Part shown: piece by piece, positions 28,610 to 39,935 of the stretch | Numbering within the stretch: the first letter of the stretch is position 1 | Layout of the letters: each line of letters begins with the position of its first letter | DNA from: Proteromonas lacertae | Lineage: Eukaryota | NCBI GenBank assembly: GCA_002245135.1 | Contig: NGBS01000585.1 | Coordinates: 248,001 to 312,000, forward strand | Direction of reading: 5' to 3' | DNA length: 64,000 bases | Made by a program: the position numbers and the translations under genes | The notes under the pieces: generated by a model | Databases searched by the model: none | Seen by the model: the letters and a program-made list of their open reading frames with translations, nothing else | Told to the model about the DNA's origin: nothing

Positions 28610-29135
28610 ATTAAACCGAACTTGGAGAAAATATTCTTCCAATCTAATAACCTTTCATTACATAAAGCCTTAATTGGACAGATGTAAATAATCTTTGGTG
28701 GAGTCTCACCTCTAAAGTTATGAAACGCATAACTCTACGGTTTAAGTTCATTTAATAACTTTAAAATTGCCAATTCAAATATCACTGTCTTTCCAGATCC
28801 CTAATTAAATAATAAAATATATAGATAGTATACTGTTGGAGAACCTACAACTATGTTGCTATTCTGCTGATATATCTCAGGAAATACAACGCTTTGGACT
28901 GCATTAAAGTGGGTAAACGGAAATAAAAGTCTACAACATATTAAAACTATAACATCATACTGATATTCTGCTGGTAAGAAATGTACAGGTATTAAACTTG
29001 AAGAACTATCATCCTCTTTATAATTTGTTGTTGATTCGAACTTTCTATAGATTATTGTTGGTTAATTGGAACTTACTCATTATTTGCACACAAAATCTCA
29101 TCATTACACTCAAAAATATTGCCTAGATCGTTCAT
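28610..29135 (-). CDS. MER3: MER3/HFM1 meiotic helicase, N-terminal fragment only (5 exons, ending at a GTATAT donor)
   Basis: Spliced: FPFTHFNAVQS...NIVVGSPT-GSGKTVIFELAILKLL...KIIYICPIKALCNERLLDWKNIFSKFGL. No DEAH box or later motifs before COG6. Confidence 0.85.
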
Positions 29136-29247
29136 TATTCAAAATAAAACACAAAAGTGATTCGGTTTATGAAAAAATATTTACACACACCAAAATATTT
29201 AAAAATGTATAGAATTAATAATAATGAATCTTAAAGTGTTTATAGCA

Positions 29248-30602
29248 TTATATATGTTCATTGCATATTCTAATAAACACTTCTTCTAAACTTGATTGAT
29301 TGAATGACCATTCTTGAATTCCTAACTCATGATAATGTTGTTCCATCTTCTCAAATACAGTAGCTACATCTACACTGCTATTTATCATATATGTTTTATT
29401 CTTTTCTCCACTTCTTATTATCTCAAACTCATTCGTTATTTCTTTTGATATAAAATCACTTACAACATCCCATTTTATATCTTTTCCTGTTATTGTTAGT
29501 TTATATCCTTCTCCTAAGATATTCTTCAAATGTTGTTGAGTACCTAAACAATGTAAATCTCCATCTACCATTATTCCAATACTTTTATAAATTAAAAAAA
29601 ATATCAAATTCATAATAGATATTTAAAAGGATATGAGAACAAAGAGTATCAGCTTCTTCCATTGAATGAGTTGTTAATAATATTGTTGATCCAATCTTTG
29701 TTTGTTCTTCTATTATTGACCAAATATGTCTTTTTGTTTCAGGATCTAATCCAGTAGAAGGTTCATCTAATATCAATATCTCAGGATTTCCAATTAACGC
29801 CAATCCTAATGATAATCTTCTCTTATTTCCACCTGATAGTTTTTCACAATTTCTTTTAAATACATCTCCATCTAAGGATATTCTGTGAGCTGTTAATTGT
29901 ACAAGTGCACTTTCTTCATTATTCCTTATACCCTATTAATATATAGATATAAATATAATATACATACTTTTATCATTGCTATTAATTGTAAATGCTGTTT
30001 AACACTCAATGCATCATACACTATATCTTCTTGCCCACACAATCCAATCATCACATCATCAGAATTCTTATTTCTCAATATGAATTCTCCACTTGTATTG
30101 GATATATTCTTAGTAATCATTTGAATTGTGGTTGTTTTACCAGCTCCATTTGGACCTAATAATCCAAAACATTCTCCTTCTTCAATTGATAAACATAAAC
30201 CATCCACAGCTACTTTGGCTGATTCTTTTGCACCTCCTGGATATCTATTACATTTAGTATAACTGAATATGCATATACATTTTTACTAAATCTTTGATAT
30301 ATATTATATCTTTCTCTAATCTTCCTTCATGAACTTTCTTCTTTTCATTTATTACATCTCTTGCCTATTTATTATTATTATTATTAGAAAATAATGAAAT
30401 ATACATATTCAGGTGGTGAATCAACTGCTTCTTCATGTTTTCTATCTTCTTCATCTTCTGGTTGTAATAATGGTAATTGTAAACTATCTTTTGGCTTTGA
30501 AGAACAACTCTTCTTAAAACAATGAGTAATTTTCATCTAAAATATATAACAAAAATAATTATAAATAGATACAAATGAACTAATCATCATTATTACGCCA
30601 TT
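29248..30602 (-). CDS. ABCA-family transporter, C-terminal NBD and regulatory region only (no transmembrane domain)
   Basis: [41 protein letters not shown]...[29 protein letters not shown] and QSSLEEVF. Confidence 0.85.
29583..29634 (-). other. Putative U12-type intron with AT-AA termini (52 nt) in the ABCA gene
   Basis: 5' end ATATCCTT is the U12 consensus. Removal gives TCT C|GT ATT GGA ATA ATG, restoring the conserved LCSRIGIM. No GT-AG alternative restores the frame. Confidence 0.8.
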
Positions 30603-30629
30603 CTATTCATAATATTAAACGCAAGACTT

Positions 30630-30780
30630 TAGTTAATTCCTTACGTGAGTTTATTCAAGAGTTATGGGTATTGTTTTATATCATTATACTCATTCAAACA
30701 CCATTCATCTATCTATATCGTCATTTCTTGCTTCAATCACATCATAATCATCATGTAATATATTATTTTCTTTCAATTAA
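30630..30780 (-). pseudogene. Decayed ABCA pre-NBD segment
   Basis: Reads HDDYDVIEARNDD/IDEWCLNEYNDIKQYP*LLNKL/RKE with frameshifts and a stop. It resembles the D.DV..E...P....NL.K lead-in to ABCA NBDs. Confidence 0.4.
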
Positions 30781-30948
30781 TTATGTGTCAATTTACATTA
30801 ACATTAATAATTCTACAGAAAAGAAAACATCCGAATTATGAAGAATAGAACAATAGAATGGTTTCAAGCCAATTGAAATAAGCTTGACATCTTTTCATTC
30901 TAAATTCTTTGTGATTGTTGTTATTTTAGTGGTTATTAGTTGAAATTA

Positions 30949-32686
30949 ATGGATGCACTTTCTTGTTTGTTGAGTAGTCATAAATACGAAGTATTTTTAT
31001 TTAGTCTAATTTTTACTTTTTTAGTTAATAAATGTTAGTTTAAATTCTTGTAAGTTACAAAATATTAGAAAATCGGATGATCGTTTAGAAAAATTGGTTA
31101 AAGTATTAGATCTGAGTGGATTAGATTCAAAAGTAGTTGATGAAGTAGTGTGTACAATGAACAAAGTGAATAATCTGGATCTTCCTGGTTTAATGAAATA
31201 CAATATTATAGAAAATAATGGGAATGTATTATACAGAATAATGGATGAATATAAAACTCATTTAGATGAAATAAATCCATTAAAATACTTTGAAGAGAGT
31301 GGCTCATATGAAATATTAAATGGAATATTGATGGTATTAAAGAGTTTGCATGAAAATGGAACAATTCACAGTGATTTAAAACCATCCAACATCTTTTTAA
31401 ATGATAAAAATGAAGTGATTCTAAGTGACTATTGCAACAATCTGTTGTATAAAGGAAGAGAAGAAAAGATAAAGAGAAATGAAAATGATATATGTTTTGT
31501 TAGTATTGATGAATTATTAGGAAAGGAATTAGATATTTCAAGTGATATTTGGAATTTTGGATTGATGTTTTAGTACATAAAAAGTGGCAAATATCCTTTT
31601 ATTGGTTTAAATATATCTAAAACTTCAGAGAATATTCGAGATGTGTGAAAATTCCTCAGAATTGAACTTCTTTTTAGAAAAAATACTTGTTAAAGAAAAG
31701 GCATATCGTTTAGGATTTAATGAAGTAATCTAATAAAAATAGAATTACACAAATCAGAAATTGTAGGAATTCCATTATATAAATGTTGTTTAAATTGTTT
31801 TCTTTCATTGTATTACTATTGCTTAGGTATTAACTGTTTTGATAATGTATAATAATATTATTATAACCATGTGATTATAATAAATAGAAAGAATATAAAG
31901 ATGCTCTTCCATATTTTAATAGTGCATTAGAATACTGTTCATCAAATGAGAAGAAAGGGTGGAATAACAGTTGGATTGGAGACTGTTTTTATAACCTTGT
32001 ATGTCAATGATATAATAATAATAAATAGAAAGAATATAAAGAAGCTCTTCCATATTTTAATAATGCATTAGAATATTGTTCATCAAATGAAGATAAAAAT
32101 CTTTATAATAGGTATATTGCTACTTGCTATGAAAGAAAAGTATATTAATAATATTATAATAACGAATAGAGAGAATATAAAGAAGCCATTCCATATATAG
32201 AAACAGCTTTAGAATATTGTTCATCTAATGAAATTAAATGGAGAAGTTACTGCAGTTTAGGAGAATGTTATTATCGTTTAGTATAATTTATAATAATTTA
32301 TGAATACTAGAAAGAATATGAAGAGGCGTTGAAATATCACTTTAGATCATTTGAATTTGCAGAGACTATGAATGAAAGATATGTAGTAGTAGTGAAAATT
32401 GCTGAAAATTATTTAGGATTAGATGATAAAGAAAGATCATTATCACATTTGAATGAAGTTCAAGTTGAATTATGTAATGATGAAATGAAATGTTTCTATT
32501 ATAAAGTAATGGGGAAATTTTACCTTAAAAATGTATTATAAATGTAATATTTATATTAATGAATAGAAAGAAAAAGAGAAAAGTAAAGAAATTATTGAAA
32601 ATGCCATGAAGTATATTGATGTTCTTGAAGATGATGAAGCAGAGAAGGATGAAATGATTGCTTTATATAATGAAGCTAATAATTAA
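30949..32686 (+). pseudogene. Protein kinase-like domain plus exon-encoded TPR repeats; this copy is disrupted
   Basis: HSDLKPSNIFL, LSDYC and SSDIWNFG. In-frame TAG at 31571-31573 within F*YIKSGKYPF, with further frameshifts around 31640-31740. These are followed by TPR-like exons. Confidence 0.75.
31888..32310 (+). repeat. Three tandem 141-bp units (111-nt TPR exon plus 30-nt phase-0 intron)
   Basis: Exons 31888-31998, 32029-32139 and 32170-32280 each read (K/R)EYK(D/E)A(L/I)PY...ALEYCSSNE.K. Introns are 31999-32028, 32140-32169 and 32281-32310. Confidence 0.9.
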
Positions 32687-32807
32687 ACAATTTATTGACA
32701 TTACTTTATTGTATTAACTATTTTTGTTATTCACAGTAAAAAGAAGAATTATAAAGAAAAAATAAAGAATTATATAAGAATGATTATTTTTAAATTATTT
32801 ACATATT

Positions 32808-34494
32808 TTATATTCCTGATACTCCATTTTCCATTCCCCATTTCTTTATTATTCTAGTGATATACTCAACTTGAGGATTACTTGGAGAACTTCTCAACAT
32901 TTTTACTACTTCTTTCAAACTATCTTTATTCTCTACTCCAGCTACAACTTGTTGAAATACACCAACACAAGCACCTCGTTTACCTTCAAATAAATCAGGA
33001 TCACTGTCTAATCTCTCCAATATACTAAACGCTTTGGCTGAATAGAAGAATGCTCCCATTTTGTAACATTCATTCGCTATTAATGTCAATAAATTGAATG
33101 TATCTTGACCACTTTCCATATTCACATATAAATTCCAAGCTTTTCGAGCTTTACCATTCATTATATAACATCGACATAACCAACTAACATATACATAATC
33201 TTCACGATATTTCTCATTCTGAATTGATTCAAAACATTCTTCAGCTGTTTGATAATCACCTGTGGATGCTGTACTTATTCCATAATTCCAATTAAATTCA
33301 TCATTATTTTGCATATATGGTTTAATTGATTTTAAATAGATATTCACATCTTCAAATTGATTAATTAAATAGAAACAAGAGGCCATGCATTCTCTACCAG
33401 GTATTGTATCACATTCAGTGGGAGATGAGCCAACTAATTGGAAGTATTGTTGAGCTGTTCTTAAATGTTCACGACTATTTGTACTTTGACCTATATAAGT
33501 ATTAACTATGGCTTTTAAGATGAATTCAGTTGGACATTGGGGTTCTACATCTTTCATTAAATCATAAGCTTCATGAATCTCATCATTTCGCAAATAAAAT
33601 ATTACTAAATTCAATCGTGCTTCTGGGATTAAATCAACTAATGGAGGTAAGACTTGTAAAGCATTTTCACCATTTCGAAATACTACTAAATTGTGTTTTA
33701 TTAAATCATTATCTAATATATTATATCCTTTATCTTGTAATGCTTTCAAATCAGTTTCTGCAGCTTTTCCATTGTATAATCTACTACTATTACAAGCTTT
33801 CAAATTCAACGCAACTACACTATCAGCATGACTTTGTAAATAAACTGTTAAGATTTCTAAACTTACATCATAATAATCCATTTTGTAATAACACATTGCT
33901 ATATATACATTCAATGCAATATTGTCTCTCTCTTCTAATAAGATCTTTTTATAAGCATCTGTAGCTTCTTGATAATTTCCTCGCAAATAGTGTAATGCTG
34001 CTATACTCAGTTGATCTTCGATCTTGTCAGTGATTTTTTGATGAATACTCACTAGTTTATCATCATTATTGTCGTGATGAGCTAAATACAGTTGAATACG
34101 AGTTTTTAATGGGCAATCTGGTCCTTGTTCTACTTCCTCAGCTGCTTCTTTCCATAATTGCAAATAATAATAACAGGCAGCCATATATAAATGAACTTCT
34201 TTTCTTTCAGCATTTTCATTTAAAACATCTTGATAACATTTCAAGGCTTTATCATATTGACCAGAATGAAATGCACAATATGCGATCCACATACTACAAT
34301 CATCATTTGCTTCTTCAGTGTTTTTGTAAAACTCTAATAAAGTAATAGCACCACTATAATCATTATTTTTCAAATATTCATCTAAGGCTGGCTTTTTTTT
34401 CTTTTCTTGCTGAGATTTCGATCTCATCTAATAGAATTAAACAAAATCACTATACTATGTTTTTGTTTTGAATTACAGCTTTTGACATCAACAT
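32808..34494 (-). CDS. IFT56: Intraflagellar transport protein 56 (TTC26/DYF-13)
   Basis: DYSGAITLLEF, HNLVVFRNGENALQVLPPL..IPEARLNLVIFYL, ECDTIPGRECMAS, LIANECYKMG.F.YSAKAF and GKRGACVGVFQ. One 5' intron. Confidence 0.95.
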
Positions 34495-34657
34495 TTTCGA
34501 TTAAAATGGCTGATAAAGAAAATTCAAAATTCAAAAAAATAAAAAACTGAAATTGAGAAACGAATATATTTCTTTATATTCATTATTTTAAAATCTCTTC
34601 ATAAACCTATCCAAAAACATATTAAAACATTTTTTTCTTTTAAAAATAATATATAAA

Positions 34658-36849
34658 TTAAAACTTATACAAATCTTCTTCTTTATCAACTTTAATTACA
34701 TTCATCTTCATTAATCTCTGTATTTGCCATTGATTGATTGATTTCTCAAGTTCAGGATCTTTTGTAAGATCTTCAGGAGTTAATGGTTTACCAGTAATAG
34801 GACAAGTATTTCCATTCTCATTCAACCACCTCAATATAGTATCTTTTTCATATACATGTCCATAAGGTGATCTTAACGGATTATGTAATACATGACCATT
34901 AATAGCGCATACAAAATCAACAGGAATATTATGCGGAGCTTTTGATGGTGATAATATTTTGGGAGTTGTTGCTGGTTTAGAACGATGATGATGGTGATGA
35001 TGATGTTTAACTGTTTTCTCTATTTATATACAAATTATATATATATTATATATACTTTCTGGTGGTAATTGCAACTTTCCAGTAACATCAAATTTAGGTA
35101 AATCGCCTAATAATCTGAACATCTTATCTTCTTGAGATGTTGATAATTTATCAGACATTTTTGCTATTTACATATTAATATTAATATATATATACATTCT
35201 GATTGTGGTGTAGTTGGAGTTGGTGTTTTATTTTCTCTTTTCTCTTTTCTTCTCTGTAACTCTGCTTCTATTTTTTGTTTTTGTTTTTCTCTCTCTCTTT
35301 CATGAGCTTCTTTCAATTTCTCTTTATCTTTATAAAATTCTTCTTTTACAGTTTTCACTGTTTTATCAATATCAGCTTTTTCTATATAATAATAATAATA
35401 ATAAATACTTTCTTCTTCTCTTGATACATTCATCGATGAACTCACTGAAGATTCATCATCATCATCATCTGATAAATTATCACCATTAGTCAATAACAAC
35501 ACTTCATCACATGATAAATCCTCAATAAATCCTTGAATCAACTTCCATAATAATGTATAAGTGATAGTATCTCTTGCTATATTTAGTTCACCACTCCTTT
35601 CTAATAACGCTAACACTGTTAGCACATCAGATACTTTCATTTGACTGAATATTTCACCAAAACCTCTTAATAATGTATTAGGTAAAACTTCTTCGTTTAA
35701 TTTACATTGTCTTCCTGGATGTAAACTATCTATATTTGAATTATATAATAATAATAATGCTAAAACACCAGGATGTTTCTTGAAAAATCCTATTAGTTTT
35801 AATAAATGAGATGTGAAGTTTGTTAATATTAATGCCAATCTTTTATCACCTTCTATTCTAAAACTGATAGTACAAAGTAATTTTAATGCAACAACTACTC
35901 CTTGTAAGATTAATGGATCTTCTAAAAATACAGATCCTGTAGCTAATGCTGGGGCAAATTCAACACAATTAATAATATATGGAACTAAAATTGTTTCTAA
36001 AATATCTGTTTTTTCAACTAAAAATTGTCTTATTTTTGTACAAGCACTATAATTTACCATATATAAATCATATATTCCTTGTAATAAATAAATAACTGAT
36101 AAATGCTGATGAACATTTAAATCACAACTTCGTGGATTCTTAAAAAATCTATCATATAATGTAGTCGAACATGTTTGCAGAAATGAATAAGTTGAGAAAA
36201 AATTATCATTTAATTTACCCATTAATTCCTGATATCTCATTATTGCGCCAATCATTTCTATTGGATCATCGATATCATCCATATAAGTGTCTGGACGTGT
36301 TAAACCGTAGAATATTTTCAACATATTGTAGATTATATCATCTTCATAAACACATGACTATTTTAGAATAAATAATTCTTATTTTATACTGTCAAAACTC
36401 TCTCTATTAAGAAGAATGACATTTCTACATCTTGATCTAGTAACTCTAACAAATCTCTTGCTATGAATTTGTAATCCAATACACGACATAATAAAATAAA
36501 GATCAATTCGTGTAATAAACCTACTTTACCTGCATTTTTCATTTGTTTTAATTCATCATCTACTACTTCTGTAATACCTTTAAGGTTATCAAACAACGTA
36601 TCTCTTGCCTTTGGCTTTAATGCGAAATTTGCTAGAGCTTGAACACAATCAACTTTACAATCAATTGAACTTGTTTTTAAGTTTAATACATCAATCTATA
36701 TAGGAGTAACAAAGTTGAAATACTAATTTTTTAAAAACAGTGTCTTGAACACCATTTTTAAATATATCATCAGCTGTTCCATTTGATGTCTTTAGTATTA
36801 TCTTTACTTGTTCTGGAGAATAAGCTGCAGATTGAGCTAAAAACGACAT
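34658..36849 (-). CDS. Helical-repeat protein with a C-terminal U-box domain
   Basis: Last exon PVDFVCAINGHVLHNPLRSPYGHVYEKDTILRWL...NTCPITGKPLT.EDL is a U-box. Upstream ORFs are joined by mini-introns. Confidence 0.75.
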
Positions 36850-36964
36850 TCAATCTTAAAAATTCAAACCTTTTATTCAAGCTTATATTATTTTATTTCA
36901 TTCTCACCATTAGAACACACAATCACAATAATAATCTTCATATATACATCAATATTATCATTAT

Positions 36965-39744
36965 TTAAAGGGATTTAGGATATTTAGTTTTGAGATACTT
37001 CAAATAGTTAATTAATCCTTTCATATCCAAAGTACAGGTGGCTAAAGGTAATAATCTTTGTAACAATTCATTCTTCATATCATTATCATACATTCTTCTA
37101 CAATTAATCGTACTGTAGATATTATCGTGAGTTTTTTCATATATTTCAGCAAATTCAATCATATCTTTTGGCAAACCACATTTTTTACCCATTTCAATAC
37201 CATAATTGAACTCTTTTTTACACTTATTATTCTCACTCAATTTATAGGTAAATTTCAACGATTTATTGCTATTTTCAATCTCAGTATTAGTAAATAACAG
37301 CTTAACATTCTTATACAATTCACATAACTTATTCAACTGATTATAATGAGTAACAAAACAACAATGGGATAATTGATTCCTCAAATGTTCACAGATAGAC
37401 CAGCATAAACTAATACCTTCTAATGGGCTAGTACCTCTTCCTAATTCATCCATTAATATCAATGAGTTTGGGGTTAATTGATCAATGATATTCGCAATTT
37501 CATTCATTTCTAAAGAGAATGTGCTTGCATTATACTCTATATTATCACTCGTTCCCATTCGTGTGAATATTCTATCGTATAATGGGATGATTGCCTCTTC
37601 AGCTGGTACAAAACATCCTATATGGCAAAGTATTACTATTAATCCAATTTGGTTAATGTAAGTGGATTTTCCTGAACTATTTGCACCGGTAATAATCTGT
37701 AAATTACAGAAATCATTCATTATTGTATCATTACCTATAAATGGTTTATCTTCGTATAATAACTCTAAGATTGGATCTATATAATAAATATATTAAATAA
37801 CTATATATACTTCTTCCTTGTTTGATAATCAATTGTCTTTTATCATTCAATATTGGTCGAATATAATTAGAATGTAATGTAATATGATTTGCAAACGATA
37901 ATAACATATCTAACAATGCAATACCATCAATAATTCTCACTATTAAATCCATATCTTCATTAATATCATTGATTAAAGTGTCAATAATTGTATTAGTCAG
38001 CAAATAGATGGATTTAATAGATTCTCTTCTTCTATCATTGAGACTGATTAATTCATCAGTTGAACAGATTATTCCTTTCTTACTCTTTACTGCTTGTACA
38101 AATATCTCAGACAATTTTGCATTAGTTGGACAGATCAAGTGATAACCTCTACTGATATTATAAGCTGATTTTAATCCAACAATATTCACTATAAGAATAA
38201 TAATAATACTAATAATACATGTATTTTGGTATTTATCAATAGTTTTATTAATTTCTTCTAATATATCAACATATACTTTCCTACATACATCTAAAGTACC
38301 ATTTATTCCACTTTTCACACCAAAACATAAGTCATCTCTATTATCTTCCTGTTGTATTGATTCATCTATTATCTTATTGATTCTAGTGATAATTTGGGGT
38401 ATTTTTGGATCATTTAAACTATTACAGATTGTGTTTAATAATGGAGTTTTGGAGGTTTTTAAGACTTCAACTATATGTTTCAACTATATATATATATATA
38501 TATTATTATTATTATATATACTATTATCAATGTTTGTCTTAAACATATAATTGCACTAATTCTATTCTTACAATTATTCGGCGTAATAACTTTCGGTTTA
38601 CTGATCAAATGGTTTAATAATAAATCCAAATCAACAATTTGACTCAATTTCTCATTTATATTCATAAATAACGATTCATTCTCTAATAATTCTTCAACAC
38701 TATCTAACCTACCATTAATAGTAATCTAAATAAATAAATAAATACCTTTATTATATACAATATCATTACTAGGGCATAATAGATTAGATCTTAGTAATCT
38801 ATATCCCACTGTAGTCTTAGTTTGATTAATAATTCCAAATAATGATAGTTTAGACTCATTCTTTCTTTTATCGTATAATATCTCCAAATTCTCTATTGTA
38901 TTATGATCAATTGATAATATTCCATCTAAATCATTGGATATTACTGTTTAGACTGTTGTTTAATATCATAATGGATTGGACTGACTCTATATATTTGATT
39001 AAACTGGAGAAACAGGCTAATGCTAAGTATTTCTTGTTAATTTCAACATCTTCACCTTTTATCTATTTATATACACAATATATATATATATATATATATA
39101 TTATACATTTTTCTCTTTTATTTCGTTCTTACCGTTTATATCATTGAAATACCTTCGATTGATTCTTATAATTCTGCATTTATCTCCATCTAGGAATAAT
39201 TGTGAGTTATAAATATAATAGTACCAAATAATTTCATGAGTTTTTGATAGAAGAATCTATCTGCATGTGAATCAGGTATAAGAATCTCAATTGGGTGATA
39301 ATTATAAAAATTATGAAAACTATACTCTTTCATAAATACATAGAAAAAAAGATATCTTTGTAATAACCCAATCGTCTTAATATAACTTGGATTATCACTC
39401 AATTGACTCAATTTGACTTCAGAAATGTGGTACACATCAATCATGGCAATTCCAACCTCTCTGGCATGGTTTTCACATCTTTAATTATAAATAATTATAT
39501 CGTACATGCTGACTATAACACCACTTTGGCATTGAGCTGCTTTTGTTCCTCCTCTTGACTTGCCAACACTTTTATTTCCATTACCACTGATAGTTCCACG
39601 AGATGGAGCAGTGACTCTCTTTCTATTGTTGTAAATAGATCTTTTTTCTTCTTGATTCGTTTGATTTTTAGCAGAGAATGAAAAATTGAAACGTTGGTTT
39701 GAATCACTTTCAGTAAATGAGAATGGAGTTGATGGAGTAAACAT
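36965..39744 (-). CDS. MSH4: MutS homolog 4 (meiotic crossover factor)
   Basis: EN.AREVGIA, L.QLSDN.SY.KT, FGVKSGINGTLDVCRK, IITGANSSGKST, IFTRMGTSDNIEYNASTFSLEM and DELGRGTS. Lacks mismatch-binding domain I. Confidence 0.9.
39302..39355 (-). other. Putative U12-type intron with AT-AA termini (54 nt) in MSH4
   Basis: CAA AG|ATATCTTT...TTTTCATAATTTTTATAA|T TAT CAC CCA. Removal deletes an 18-aa intron-like insert and gives KTIGLLQSYHPIEILIP. Confidence 0.65.
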
Positions 39745-39935
39745 TGTTGATGAGATAAATTCAAATCCTTTTAATATTTTGAATTTCGCGCCAAACTGAA
39801 AAAGTAAGAATATATTTATATCTATATTAGATTAAACAATTAAAATTATATTATTATGTGAATCTTGTCATCTGAGACCTTATCTGCTTCTCTCTCTTTA
39901 AATTAGCTATACTACTCATTAATTCGGTTTCTTGG

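Noticed and set aside
31571..31573. In-frame TAG suggesting stop-codon reassignment
   Set aside because: Further frameshifts follow, and TAA, TAG and TGA all end conserved genes normally, so this is a pseudogene lesion.
31888..32310. Regularly spaced repeats resembling a CRISPR array
   Set aside because: The units are protein-coding TPR exons with GT-AG introns in a eukaryotic gene, and there are no cas genes.
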